Below are positions 10,803-21,223 of a DNA stretch of 64,000 nt, one piece after another; position 1 is the first letter of the stretch; each line of letters opens with the position of its first letter. Source of the DNA: Thermoproteota archaeon (GTDB lineage: Archaea > Thermoproteota > Thermoprotei > Gearchaeales > Gearchaeaceae). Location: NCBI GenBank assembly GCA_032249235.1, contig JAVVGF010000003.1:128001-192000 (forward strand). The letters run 5' to 3'. Below the pieces are notes generated by a model that ran no database searches, had not been told where the DNA came from, and saw only the letters and a list, made by a program, of their open reading frames with translations. The position numbers and the translations under genes are program-made.

Positions 10803-10833
10803 AATTTAAATAACTTCTGGCAAGTATAAGTAT

Positions 10834-11595
10834 GTGGATAAGAAAGTAGTATATGTTTCTCTAATGATTTCTTTTGGAATCATCATAGCTATTCTTTCAA
10901 TGCCCGAAATAATGGAAAATCTCGCTTCTAACATTCTTAATCAATTTGGGATCGGTCTTATATTCTTAGCATTACTATTTATAGGTTTTATACATGGCAT
11001 AAAACCTGATGAACATACATGGCCTATTACGATCCCTTATGCTTTAGTTCAAAAAAATCTTAAGAGAGCTGTACTAGCTTCGTTTGTATTTACAGGCGCT
11101 TTAACACTTGTATGGACGATTTTGAGTTTAGTAATATCACAAATACTCTCTCTATTAACAAATCCTGAGATGCTAACACCTTATGCAGATGTCATAGCAG
11201 GCTTAACGATGATAGGTGTAGCCCTGTTGTTTATTCTCAAGACTAAAAAGAACGAAAATAAAATCGGAACAGATCATCTCGTACCTGATTATAGGTATAT
11301 ATGGATTCATGGTTTAGCTGCTTCATTCGGAGGAGATTTCTTCGTAGTTTTAATATTGAGTAGTGTATTAATAGGAAGTGCAATACCTGCAAGCTTAGGA
11401 TTTTCAATAGGGTTTTTGTTTGGGGTAGGTTCAATGATTGCTCAAAGCATTGTAGTTATAGCAGCATACAAAGGATTCAATTTATTGATAAAGAATGCTA
11501 ATCTAATGGCTAGAAGTGGAATGCTATCATTACTATTCTTAGGAATTTTTCTATTCAGCCTAGGTATTATAAACTTTATAAATCTAATTATTTAA
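10834..11595 (+). CDS. NiCoT/RcnA/UreH-like nickel/cobalt transporter-family membrane protein
   Basis: GFIHGIKPDEH motif in a TM helix, second IHG motif, about 7 TM segments. Confidence 0.65.
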   Translation: MDKKVVYVSLMISFGIIIAILSMPEIMENLASNILNQFGIGLIFLALLFIGFIHGIKPDEHTWPITIPYALVQKNLKRAVLASFVFTGALTLVWTILSLVISQILSLLTNPEMLTPYADVIAGLTMIGVALLFILKTKKNENKIGTDHLVPDYRYIWIHGLAASFGGDFFVVLILSSVLIGSAIPASLGFSIGFLFGVGSMIAQSIVVIAAYKGFNLLIKNANLMARSGMLSLLFLGIFLFSLGIINFINLII

Positions 11596-11629
11596 AAAAA
11601 TATATAAGCGAGAATAAAAATTCTTAATT

Positions 11630-12280
11630 ATGAATTTATTAGAAATATTATATGCGGCTGTATTATCTATTTGGGTATATTTTGTAGCATTCCATTTAAC
11701 AAAATGGCTTTATAATATATTGAAAAATAAGGGTTTGAAAGATAACGTGATAGTTTATTTCAATAGAAAAATAATTCATATCTTAGCAGGTGGTCTTGTT
11801 GCTCTATTAGTTCCTTTAATATTTACTTCTTATATAATACCCCTTATCCTTGGTTTATTGTTTGCTTTAATAACTTACATACCTCATAGAACTGGCAAAT
11901 TGTTGTATTGGTTCCAAGATCCTAACAACTATTATGAGGTTAATTTTTGCATCATGTGGGCAATAATAATTACAATTGGTTGGATTTTATTCAACAACCC
12001 TTGGATTGCAGTCGTGCCTGTTCTATTCATGGCTTTCGGAGACGCTACAACAGGTTTCGTGAGAAACTTGATCTATAAAAGAAGAACAAAATCTTGGATA
12101 GGTAACATAGCAATGGGAATTGTTAGTGTTCCTATTGGAGCAATAATAGGAATTGCAGGCATAGTTGCAGCTTTAATCTCTAGCATAATTGAGCATTTTG
12201 AATTTAAATACATAGATGATAACATAACCATTCCTTTAGTTTCATTTATAGTTATTTATTTGATTGGATTATTTTTCTAA
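11630..12280 (+). CDS. Dolichol/phytol kinase family (CTP-dependent polyprenol kinase)
   Basis: NRKIIH, FGDA, TKSWIG and IDDNITIP motifs. Confidence 0.85.
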   Translation: MNLLEILYAAVLSIWVYFVAFHLTKWLYNILKNKGLKDNVIVYFNRKIIHILAGGLVALLVPLIFTSYIIPLILGLLFALITYIPHRTGKLLYWFQDPNNYYEVNFCIMWAIIITIGWILFNNPWIAVVPVLFMAFGDATTGFVRNLIYKRRTKSWIGNIAMGIVSVPIGAIIGIAGIVAALISSIIEHFEFKYIDDNITIPLVSFIVIYLIGLFF

Positions 12281-12959
12281 TATTGACATTCCAAATGAAA
12301 TACTTTATTCACTTGAAAGAATCGTAAACACTTATGAGAAGGTCACACACTCGATAACTTTAAATCTTGATTCATTACTAAGGAAACAATTGGTGAAAAT
12401 AGTCGATAAGGAACCAATAATGGATGTAGGTTCAGGAACCGGAGCACTAGTTGAGGAATTGAATAAACTAAAACCTAGCATGTATGTAGTTATGGTTGAA
12501 CCTATTGAAGGTTATACGAGGATTCTTAAGTATAAATTTAAAGGTTATAATTTTGAAGTTATAAGGGCCTTTGCAGAGTATTTACCTTTCAAACAGAATT
12601 CTTTCGAATTTCTAATGACTAGCTATATGCTTAGAGATTCAATGGATCTAGGAACAGTCATTAAAAATTTTGAAACAGTTTCAAAAAGAATATTAATTTT
12701 AGATTTTTGGAAGCCTGATAATTTTATTGTTTTATTTCTTGAATTATTATATATGTATACTTTTATGCCTTTGTTAGTTGCTATTCATGATCCATGGAAT
12801 TTAAAATATTACTTAACAATTCCAAAAACAGTCTTAAGAGTCCCTAAGTTTAAATATTTGATAAAGATGTTTAAAAAATCAAAAATACAAAAAGTTAAAA
12901 AATGGTTTGGCGGTATATTCTTTCTAATTTATGCCAAATCTACTGACCTTTCCAAATAG
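12264..12959 (+). CDS. Class I SAM-dependent methyltransferase, UbiE/MenG-like
   Basis: MDVGSGTG, AEYLPF, ILDFWKP. Confidence 0.75.
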   Translation: MDYFSNIDIPNEILYSLERIVNTYEKVTHSITLNLDSLLRKQLVKIVDKEPIMDVGSGTGALVEELNKLKPSMYVVMVEPIEGYTRILKYKFKGYNFEVIRAFAEYLPFKQNSFEFLMTSYMLRDSMDLGTVIKNFETVSKRILILDFWKPDNFIVLFLELLYMYTFMPLLVAIHDPWNLKYYLTIPKTVLRVPKFKYLIKMFKKSKIQKVKKWFGGIFFLIYAKSTDLSK

Positions 12960-14892
12960 GCATTCTTTTATCGATGAATGCTTTCATGCCTTCTTTGAAA
13001 TCTTCACTAGCTACTAAACTTGCGAGCTCATTAGCTCCAATAATTATAGAATTCAAGAAAATACTTTTATAAGAATTGAAGCTTCTTTTAATAGCTTTGA
13101 CAGAAAGTGGTGCTAATCTCTTAATTTTATCTATAAATTCGATCGCTACAATATCTAGCTGTTCTTTAGCGACAACGAGATCAACTAAACCTAATTCTCT
13201 TGCTTCCTCAGCGCTAAATTGTTCACCTGTTAGGCAATATCTCATTAATTTCTTATTAAGCATCGATAAACCTAGTGTAGAAGCTAATGGTGGCATTGCA
13301 CCTATCAATCCTTCTGGTAAAGCGAAAGAAGCATCTTCACTAGCTATGACTATGTCGAAGAATAAATTTATTTCTAAACCTCCCCCGAATGCTATACCAT
13401 TGATTAAGGAAATAATTGGCTTTTCATAATTCATCAAATTCATCACCAATGGACCAATAGTTCTTTCAAAAAACTCTCTTCCTTCATTTAAAGATTTCCA
13501 TTTACTCATGACATTAATATCATCACCTGAAGAGAATGCTCTTCCTTCACCTGTTATTAGAACTACTCTAATAGCTTTATCTTGTGCCGCTTTATTAAAT
13601 GCTTCATTCAAATTCCTCCACATTTCTTCATCTAAGGCATTCAATCTTTTTTCTCTTCTCATCGTTATCAATGCATAGTCATGTCTTTTTTCATATCTAA
13701 TATTTCCTAAATCGATCTTTTCATATTGCCATTCATAGAAACCTTTACCTGTTTTCTTACCTAAATTTCCATTCGATACCAATTCTTTAAGCAACTCATT
13801 AGGCTCATATTCTACAGATCCTGTATTCCTTTTTTCTTGCTCGAGTACTTCAACGATCCTATCTATTCCAACATCATCTGCATATTCTAGCGGTCCTTTA
13901 GGTAAATTTAAACCTTTTTTCATAGCTTTATCTATATCATAAGCATTGGAAACATCATTCTTTATAAGCCAAGCTGCTTCATTAATTGTGGTTGAAAGCA
14001 AATTAAGAGGATTTATTTCGTAAATTCTTTTCACATCTACTTTAGGAGTTTTAATTCCGAAGCCATATTCATAAAAACCTGCACCGCTCTTTATCCCGAA
14101 TCTTTTATTAGCAATCAGTTCTTCAAGAATTCTAGGCATGTTTATTTTTAAACCTTCTTTTATCATTTCATTAATTACCCCATATATAATATCTAGACCT
14201 ACGAAATCAGCTAGTTCAAATATTCCCATCGGATAGCCAAGCCTTATCTTAGCAAGCGCATCAATTTCTTCATATTTGAAACCTTTTTCAGTTAACTTTA
14301 TTGCTTCAAGAAATGTCCTAATAGCTAATCTGTTTACTATAAAGCCTACGACATCCTTTCTTAGCACAACGTATTCCATCTCTAAACTGCTAGCGAATTC
14401 CTCCAACTTTTTTATCGTTGTATTAGAAACTTTATCATGACCAACTATTTCTACGAAACGAATTAATAAAGGAGGATTGAAAAAGTGAAGACCTGCTACT
14501 TTATCACTTCTCTTCGTAACTTTAGCTAGTTTAGATATAGGTATAGAAGAAGTATTGCTAGTAAGTATTGTATTTTCATTACAAATCGAGTCCAATTCTT
14601 CAAATAGTCTTTTCTTAAGCTCATAATTCTCTGGTATAGCTTCAATTACTAAATCTACAAATGGCGCTACTTCTTTTAGATTCGTTAATGTCTTTATCCT
14701 CGCTAAAACTTCATCTATGCTTGAAATTTTACCTTTAGCAAGCAGTTGCTCAAGGCTCCATTTAATATTAGCTATTGCTTGTTTCAATATTTCTTCCTTA
14801 ATATCAACAAGATATACTTCATGCTTTGCAAGTGCAACAACTTCAGCAATTGCATGCCCCATTGTACCAGCTCCTACGACGAGAACTTTCAT
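12940..14892 (-). CDS. 3-hydroxyacyl-CoA dehydrogenase / enoyl-CoA hydratase fusion
   Basis: GAGTMG, SNTSSI, GLHFFNP; C-terminal crotonase motifs AFSSGDDI and GGGLE. Confidence 0.92.
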   Translation of the reverse strand: MKVLVVGAGTMGHAIAEVVALAKHEVYLVDIKEEILKQAIANIKWSLEQLLAKGKISSIDEVLARIKTLTNLKEVAPFVDLVIEAIPENYELKKRLFEELDSICNENTILTSNTSSIPISKLAKVTKRSDKVAGLHFFNPPLLIRFVEIVGHDKVSNTTIKKLEEFASSLEMEYVVLRKDVVGFIVNRLAIRTFLEAIKLTEKGFKYEEIDALAKIRLGYPMGIFELADFVGLDIIYGVINEMIKEGLKINMPRILEELIANKRFGIKSGAGFYEYGFGIKTPKVDVKRIYEINPLNLLSTTINEAAWLIKNDVSNAYDIDKAMKKGLNLPKGPLEYADDVGIDRIVEVLEQEKRNTGSVEYEPNELLKELVSNGNLGKKTGKGFYEWQYEKIDLGNIRYEKRHDYALITMRREKRLNALDEEMWRNLNEAFNKAAQDKAIRVVLITGEGRAFSSGDDINVMSKWKSLNEGREFFERTIGPLVMNLMNYEKPIISLINGIAFGGGLEINLFFDIVIASEDASFALPEGLIGAMPPLASTLGLSMLNKKLMRYCLTGEQFSAEEARELGLVDLVVAKEQLDIVAIEFIDKIKRLAPLSVKAIKRSFNSYKSIFLNSIIIGANELASLVASEDFKEGMKAFIDKRMPIWKGQ

Positions 14893-14928
14893 AAAAATAA
14901 ATAGTTTAAAATAATAAAAATAAAAAAA

Positions 14929-15525
14929 CTATTTAACTGGAGCTTGTAGATGTCCTATTGTAAACGTTGAAGCCATGAAAAGCCACGTAATACCGAAAAT
15001 CAATGCTACTATTATGAAAGCCCATCTCGTTGCTTTGTTATTTATATGTGTTAGAGGAACTGAAAGAATTGCAGTTAGACCGAACATTAAATAAGCGAAA
15101 GCTGCTAGTTCTGGCGTTCTTGAAAGTCTATTCGCTAGTATTGCAAATACGTCGTTGAAGGAATATAAAGCTGCTATGAAAGCAAAATAGGATATTGCTC
15201 TTAATCCTGTATTCAAATAAAGTGAAAATGCTATGCCAAGTAGTAAAATGCCTCCTATAGCTGAAGAACCGCCATAGAGAACATCATAAACTCCTCCGCC
15301 TATATTTCCAAAAGGCCATATTATTATTATAAGAAGACCGTTGATCAATAGATAAAGACCTAGTAGCCCAAAAGCTATTGCGAAGCTCTTTGCTTTAGTT
15401 GTATCTTGGAATGTATCTTTTGAAGCGTCATAAGGTAATCTCCAGAATAAAAGAGCTAGTAATATGCCTGCTGCACCAACAACCCATGCCATGCTATCCA
15501 AAGTATCATGAGGTGGAACTGCCAT
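14929..15525 (-). CDS. DUF981-like membrane protein
   Basis: About 6 TM segments, WPF...YDVLYG motif, C-terminal GH. Confidence 0.6.
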   Translation of the reverse strand: MAVPPHDTLDSMAWVVGAAGILLALLFWRLPYDASKDTFQDTTKAKSFAIAFGLLGLYLLINGLLIIIIWPFGNIGGGVYDVLYGGSSAIGGILLLGIAFSLYLNTGLRAISYFAFIAALYSFNDVFAILANRLSRTPELAAFAYLMFGLTAILSVPLTHINNKATRWAFIIVALIFGITWLFMASTFTIGHLQAPVK

Positions 15526-15769
15526 CGTTTTTTATTAAATGATTATCAATATATAAAGGTATGTATTTTTCATAATATATTATTATTTTCAAATATGTAT
15601 AATAAAATATTTAGAAATATTTGTATACATTTGTATTTATTTAAGAAAAGTTAACTAAATTTTACCAATTAATTTTATTATGATTTGCCTTCATTTTCAT
15701 TTATTTCTTTATTAGCAAGCATTATATCTTCTACTCCAAATCTTATATATTTGATTTAGAACTAATCAT

Positions 15770-16228
15770 ATGGCAAGAAAAATTTATTTAGTTCAACATG
15801 GAGAATCTTATACTGAAAACATTGATCCTGAAAGGAAGCTAACGCCTAAAGGAATAGAAGAAACTAAAGTTATCTCAAAGTACTTATCTAAGATTGGAAT
15901 AAAGATAGATGCGATTCTACATAGTACAAAACTGAGAAGTAAACAAACAGCAAACATAATTTCTTCTGAATTGAATGTGAGGAATGTTTTCGAAGTTAAG
16001 GATCTGGAACCTCTTTCTGATCCTAAAGCTACTCTTCAAATTATTAATCAATATGAAGGTGATATAATGCTAGTTGGTCACCTGCCTAATTTATCCAAGT
16101 TAGTAGAACTACTCACAGGTTCAGAATCTGTTCTATTTAGGTATTCAGGAGTTATATGCTTGGAAGAAGTAGAAAAGGATAAATGGAAAATTAAATGGTT
16201 CATTATCCCAGATATTATAAAAGATTGA
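15770..16228 (+). CDS. sixA: Phosphohistidine phosphatase SixA family
   Basis: LVQHG, RKLT, HSTKLRSKQT, LVGHLP. Confidence 0.85.
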   Translation: MARKIYLVQHGESYTENIDPERKLTPKGIEETKVISKYLSKIGIKIDAILHSTKLRSKQTANIISSELNVRNVFEVKDLEPLSDPKATLQIINQYEGDIMLVGHLPNLSKLVELLTGSESVLFRYSGVICLEEVEKDKWKIKWFIIPDIIKD

Positions 16229-16548
16229 TCATTATTTATGGAATAAACTTAGTACAAATAACAGAGAGAAATCGAAATGTTAAAAAATACCTCTAATTTG
16301 CTCACCTGCTCTATTTCGTAAAACTGGCTTCATACCAGCCTTGAGAAGCTCCAGAATTCCTTTTCAAAGTATTTCATCGTTATTCTCATTAATTCGTAGC
16401 TACATCTAGCATTTGAGTGCAATAAGATATGCAAGGAATCACCTTAATTATTTAAACTAATCCTCTTTGAGGCATGAACTCTCTGTTTTATGGCAACTGG
16501 ATAATCGTGTTTAAATACCCTTCTTATTATTTTAGAATCGGTGAGTTA

Positions 16549-16902
16549 ATGGGTCATGTATGGGCTGATGTAAAGTTAATAAATGTTGTTACAGGTCAAG
16601 AAATTAAAGTTACAGCTTTGATTGACACTGGAGCAACTTTTACAGTCTTGCCTTGGTGGATTCATGAAAAATTAGGACTTAAGATAATAGGTAGAAAGAA
16701 AATTGAGACAGCTAAAGGCTATACAGAACTTGATGAAAGCTTTGTATTGATTGAATTAGAAGGTAGATCAGGAATAACCCCAGTTCTAATTTCAAAAGAA
16801 TTGAAAGATGTTTTAGTAGGTGTTTTAACATTAGAAAGTTTAGGTCTAATGGTAGATCCAACATCAGGTAAGCTTAAGGAGACGAGAATATTGTTGTTAT
16901 AA
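16549..16902 (+). CDS. Clan AA (retropepsin-like) aspartic protease
   Basis: ALIDTGAT and LVGVLTLESLG; start moved to ATG at 16549, preceded by the SD-like GGTGAG. Confidence 0.85.
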   Translation: MGHVWADVKLINVVTGQEIKVTALIDTGATFTVLPWWIHEKLGLKIIGRKKIETAKGYTELDESFVLIELEGRSGITPVLISKELKDVLVGVLTLESLGLMVDPTSGKLKETRILLL

Positions 16903-17022
16903 TTATGCTTATCGCCTTTTTAATAAACCCTGAAGAATATTAATAAAATAGAAACGTAAGAACATAAAATGCTAGAATTAAGAGAAAATTAACTTTAACA
17001 ATTTTAGTTTTAAATTATTTAT

Positions 17023-17484
17023 TCATGGTATTGTCATTACTTTTCCTTCAGTTAAATTCAGTATATCCATAGGTTTAATTTTCAACGTAGTGTTTACAGC
17101 ACCTCCACCACCATAAACATATTCTTTCTTCATTACTTCTTCATCTATTAAACATGTAACCTTCTTTTTATGTCCAACAGGAGGTATTCCTCCTGCTTCA
17201 TATCCTGTATGCTCGATCACTTCATCTTCTCTAGCAAGTCTTAATTTTTTAAAGCCTAAAATATTTGCCAGCTGTGTTTGATTTACTCTTTTATTTCCTG
17301 GAACGATTACTAAAATAGGTTCACCTTTTTCATTCATGAACAATAAAGACTTTATAATATCTGAGATAGCAATCCCTAGAACTTGACTAGCTTTACCTGC
17401 GCTATATGTCTCTTCATGATATTTCAATTCAAATTCTACACCTTTTTCCTTTAGATAATTCTCCAAATCTTTTGGTCCTAACAT
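17023..17484 (-). CDS. YbaK/EbsC family aminoacyl-tRNA deacylase
   Basis: IIKSL, GYEAGGIPPVG, YGGGG. Confidence 0.9.
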   Translation of the reverse strand: MLGPKDLENYLKEKGVEFELKYHEETYSAGKASQVLGIAISDIIKSLLFMNEKGEPILVIVPGNKRVNQTQLANILGFKKLRLAREDEVIEHTGYEAGGIPPVGHKKKVTCLIDEEVMKKEYVYGGGGAVNTTLKIKPMDILNLTEGKVMTIP

Positions 17485-17546
17485 AAGAAGAATTTTGGAT
17501 ATGGCTAAATAAATTATATTTTAATTTCAAGGAAAATGTAGATTTT

Positions 17547-18692
17547 GTGTATGATTTTTTAGCCACAGTAAACATTGGACTTGAGAAAATTGCTTCAAAA
17601 GAAATTTCTAACTTGCTGGATGCCAAAGTTTTTGAAGATGTAGGTAGCGTTAGTTTTTATGCTGATTTGAATGCTATCTTCAAGCTAAACATGTATTCGA
17701 GAACCATCAATAAGTTAATCCTTGTTCTTGGGAGATCATACTTTGAGAACCTTCAAGATATTTACAAGCTTGCAAACTACATAAGATATTCAGATTTCAT
17801 CACAAGAGAACAAACTTTTGCAGTAAGAGTTGAAAGAATAGGAAAACATAATTTCACCAGTATTGACGCAGCTGAAAGGATTGGACAAGCTATTATCGAT
17901 AGCTACATAGAAGAAACAGGTTTTAGGCTTAAAGTCAATCTAGATGAACCTGATGTTGAAATCTATTCAAGAATAAAGGATGATCGGGTGATAATTGGAA
18001 TAAACACAACTGGTATATCTCTTCATAAAAGAGGCTACAAGAAATATAAGCATCCATCAGCTATTAGTCCAACTATTGCAGCTTCAATGCTTTATCTTGC
18101 AAATTGGAATGAAGAAGATTTCTTAATAGATCCTATGTGCGGTGGTGCAACTATACCCATAGAAGCTGCTCATATAAAACTTAAAATCCCAATTTCAATT
18201 TTCAGAGAAAGATCAAAAATAAGCTATGCTTTTAAGAAGTTAAAATTTTTGGATATTGAGAAATATGAAACGATGATGGATCAAGCTTTGAATTATTACT
18301 CAGAAGAAAATTTTAGAATAATAGCATGCGATATTTCTCCTAGGCATATTAAAGGAGCTAAGCAGAATGTATCAAATGCTTTAGTAAGTAATTTTGTCGA
18401 TATTTTGAATTCTGATGCAAGAAATATCGATAAGATTTTTTCTCATTTCGATATAGCAGTGTTGAATCCTCCTTATGGCAAGCGTTCAGGAGATATAGGT
18501 TATATAAGGAAATTGTATGATGCTTTTTTAAGTTCCTTAAGAAAAAGTTATTTTAAAAATGCGGTAATCATAACTGCAGCACCTAAAATTTTCAAAAGCT
18601 ACGTCATAAAGAATGGATTTTCAATTGCTGAAGAATATGTTGCTTTTCATGGAGGTTTGATCACAAAAGTATTTAAGATTATTCCAGCTTAA
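17547..18692 (+). CDS. trm14: tRNA (guanine(6)-N2)-methyltransferase (THUMP + methyltransferase)
   Basis: THUMP domain, SLHKRGY, DPMCGGATIPIEAA, NPPYG. Confidence 0.88.
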   Translation: MYDFLATVNIGLEKIASKEISNLLDAKVFEDVGSVSFYADLNAIFKLNMYSRTINKLILVLGRSYFENLQDIYKLANYIRYSDFITREQTFAVRVERIGKHNFTSIDAAERIGQAIIDSYIEETGFRLKVNLDEPDVEIYSRIKDDRVIIGINTTGISLHKRGYKKYKHPSAISPTIAASMLYLANWNEEDFLIDPMCGGATIPIEAAHIKLKIPISIFRERSKISYAFKKLKFLDIEKYETMMDQALNYYSEENFRIIACDISPRHIKGAKQNVSNALVSNFVDILNSDARNIDKIFSHFDIAVLNPPYGKRSGDIGYIRKLYDAFLSSLRKSYFKNAVIITAAPKIFKSYVIKNGFSIAEEYVAFHGGLITKVFKIIPA

Positions 18693-19224
18693 AGCTTATT
18701 TCCATCGCATCATACCCGAAATCGATCGATGAACTCTTATATTTCCCGCTATTTCTTACATATTCCAAATAATCTTTCATACTATTTTCGAACATTTTAA
18801 CGTTATCTGCAACTACTATTGCACCTTTTTTCAGCTTAGCTTCTGCTAACTTCAAATATGTGAGATATTCTTCTTTTTTTGCATCAATGAATAGCATATC
18901 AATTTCTGCATTCAATTTAGGTATTATTTCTTTTGCATCACCTGCAATCACTTCAATTTTATTCGCTAAACCAGCTTTAGATATATTTGATTTTGCAATT
19001 TCTGCTCTATTAGGATCTATTTCGATCGTGATTAACTTTCCTTTCTTTAGCTTAGATGCCATTATAATAGCTGAATATCCAACCAAAGTACCTATCTCAA
19101 GAATAACGCTTGGCTTATATCTTGAAACTAATTCAGCCAACACTTTACCTTTAGCTTTGCCAATTATAGGTAAGTCTTTTTGCTCAGCTTCTTTTTCTAT
19201 TTCTCTTAATACTTCTAAATTCAT
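18679..19224 (-). CDS. SAM-dependent O-methyltransferase (caffeoyl-CoA OMT/YrrM-like)
   Basis: LEIGTLVGYS, LFIDAKK, ADNV. Confidence 0.88.
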   Translation of the reverse strand: MNLEVLREIEKEAEQKDLPIIGKAKGKVLAELVSRYKPSVILEIGTLVGYSAIIMASKLKKGKLITIEIDPNRAEIAKSNISKAGLANKIEVIAGDAKEIIPKLNAEIDMLFIDAKKEEYLTYLKLAEAKLKKGAIVVADNVKMFENSMKDYLEYVRNSGKYKSSSIDFGYDAMEISFKLE

Positions 19225-19279
19225 ATCTTTTTAAATAAATGTCAACTTATAAATTTTTAATCTATCAATATTTTGAAGT

Positions 19280-19774
19280 TTATTTATCCTTAATTTTCTT
19301 TAAATTATTTATTTCGAAATTGAGAAGCCATTCCTTTATTTTGATGCCATAAGAATATCCTCCAAGAGAATTTTTTCCTACAACCCTATGACAAGGTATG
19401 AATATTGGAACAGGATTTCTCGCCATAGCCATACCAACGACTCTAGGATGTGTATTAGTCTTCAAAGCCAATTCTGAATAAGTAATAGTTTTGCCATATT
19501 CTACTTTCAGAAGTTCTTCTAAGATTTTGTTAAATACATAACTATTTGTAAGGATAAAACTTTCTATAGGCAAAGGTTTTTGTAATTCTCCTTGAAAATA
19601 ATTTATGAGCCAAGTAGAAAATTTTTCTCTTTCTCCTTTTAATATATCAGCTTTTCCTTTTTCTTCATGATCTATCAAATCTACTGAATAAAGTCTTTCA
19701 TCCTTAATTTTTAATTCAAAAATGCCTAAAGGAGATATTACTTTTGTTATTCTATTATTTGCCACATTTTTCAT
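19280..19774 (-). CDS. ogt: Methylated-DNA--protein-cysteine methyltransferase
   Basis: IPCHRVV active-site motif, RVVGMA. Confidence 0.92.
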   Translation of the reverse strand: MKNVANNRITKVISPLGIFELKIKDERLYSVDLIDHEEKGKADILKGEREKFSTWLINYFQGELQKPLPIESFILTNSYVFNKILEELLKVEYGKTITYSELALKTNTHPRVVGMAMARNPVPIFIPCHRVVGKNSLGGYSYGIKIKEWLLNFEINNLKKIKDK

Positions 19775-19810
19775 ATTCTTTATTGAAATTTAAAAACTAG
19801 AAAGAAAAGA

Positions 19811-19818
19811 TTTATAAA
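19811..19818 (+). promoter_or_regulatory. BRE/TATA promoter of trpB2
   Basis: Purine-rich gaaaaga followed by TTTATAAA; predicts a transcription start near 19841. Confidence 0.6.
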
Positions 19819-19844
19819 TCCTTATGCAATAGTAAAGGAAGAGG

Positions 19845-19882
19845 GTGCTATGGCCCGCCAATGGAATTTGGCCGTAAGGCCA
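19845..19882 (+). promoter_or_regulatory. Candidate Trp-responsive leader (u[13 protein letters not shown] plus alternative hairpins) overlapping the trpB2 start
   Basis: GTG 19845 to TAA 19877 with two TGG codons; complementary segments TGGCC/GGCCA and GCCAA/TTGGC. Confidence 0.4.
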
Positions 19883-21213
19883 GAATAAGAGCAAGCCAAA
19901 GTGAAGATATTGTACCCAAGTTCTGGTATAATATCGTTCCAGACCTTCCAAAACAATTGCCTCCTCCTAGGTTAATAGATGGTTCGATACCACCAAAAGA
20001 AATGTTCGAAAGGCTATTTCCAAAAGAGCTAGTTAATCAAGAAATGAGTAAAGAACGTTACATACCGATTCCTGAAGAAGTAAGAGAAAAACTAATAGAG
20101 CTTGGAAGACCGACTCCATTAATAAGAGCAAAAAGACTTGAGGAATTCCTCAATACTCCTGCAAGGATTTACTTCAAATACGAAGGTGTTTTACCTACAG
20201 GAAGCCATAAAGTGAATACAGCAATTGCCCAAGCTTATTATAATTCCAAGCAAGGTATTGAAAGATTATCAACTGAAACAGGTGCAGGTCAATGGGGTTC
20301 TGCTTTATCTTTAGCTGCAAGCATGTTTTCTTTAAAAGCAAGAATATTCATGGTAAAGTCAAGTTATTACCAGAAACCTTATCGGAGAATTCTAATGGAA
20401 ACTTATGGAGCAGAAGTAGTACCTAGTCCTTCAAAAATAACAAAGTTTGGAAGATCAATAATTGAAAAAGATCCTGAAAATCCTGGAAGTTTGGGAATAG
20501 CCATTTCTGAAGCAATTGAGGATGTACTTAGTGACGAAAGAGCTCGCTACAGCTTAGGAAGCGTTCTAAATCATGTTTTGTTACACCAAACTATAATAGG
20601 TCTTGAAGCAAAACAACAATTAAACGAGCTAGGAGAAGAATATCCCGGTTACATAATCGGTTGCGTAGGAGGCGGATCTAACTACGCAGGTTTGGCATAT
20701 CCTTTTGTTTATGAGAAATTGAAAAACAACGTTGATATTCAATTCATTGCTGTCGAACCTAAAGCATGTCCATCGTTGACCAAAGGAATATATACTTACG
20801 ACTTCGGTGATACAGCTGGAATCACACCGCTCTTAATGATGTATACTGTAGGACATAAATACAGAGTGCCACCAATCCATGCAGGTGGTTTAAGATATCA
20901 TGGAGATGCTCCTACACTTTGTTTATTAGTAAATGAAAAAATCGTTAGCGCAGTTGCATATCACCAAACTGAAGTATTCGAAGCAGGAAGATTGTTCGCA
21001 AATCTTGAAGGCATAGTACCAGCTCCTGAAAGTGCACATGCCGTTAAAGCTGCTATCGATATCGCTAAAAATGTAAAGGATGAAAAAGTTATACTATTTA
21101 ACTTAAGTGGACATGGTTTACTTGATCTTCTAGGATATAGCGAGTATCTTGAAGGAAAATTAAAAGATTACGAACCAGAATTTATAGATCTTTCTTATTT
21201 ACCTAAAATATAA
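19861..21213 (+). CDS. trpB: Tryptophan synthase beta chain 2 (TrpB2)
   Basis: GSHKVN (PLP Lys), [36 protein letters not shown]. Confidence 0.95.
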   Translation: MEFGRKARIRASQSEDIVPKFWYNIVPDLPKQLPPPRLIDGSIPPKEMFERLFPKELVNQEMSKERYIPIPEEVREKLIELGRPTPLIRAKRLEEFLNTPARIYFKYEGVLPTGSHKVNTAIAQAYYNSKQGIERLSTETGAGQWGSALSLAASMFSLKARIFMVKSSYYQKPYRRILMETYGAEVVPSPSKITKFGRSIIEKDPENPGSLGIAISEAIEDVLSDERARYSLGSVLNHVLLHQTIIGLEAKQQLNELGEEYPGYIIGCVGGGSNYAGLAYPFVYEKLKNNVDIQFIAVEPKACPSLTKGIYTYDFGDTAGITPLLMMYTVGHKYRVPPIHAGGLRYHGDAPTLCLLVNEKIVSAVAYHQTEVFEAGRLFANLEGIVPAPESAHAVKAAIDIAKNVKDEKVILFNLSGHGLLDLLGYSEYLEGKLKDYEPEFIDLSYLPKI

Positions 21214-21223
21214 TTTTTTAAAT

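Noticed and set aside
16240-16470. Coding-like fragments on the minus strand (similar ones at 51100-51260)
   Set aside because: Too short and too interrupted to assign a family.
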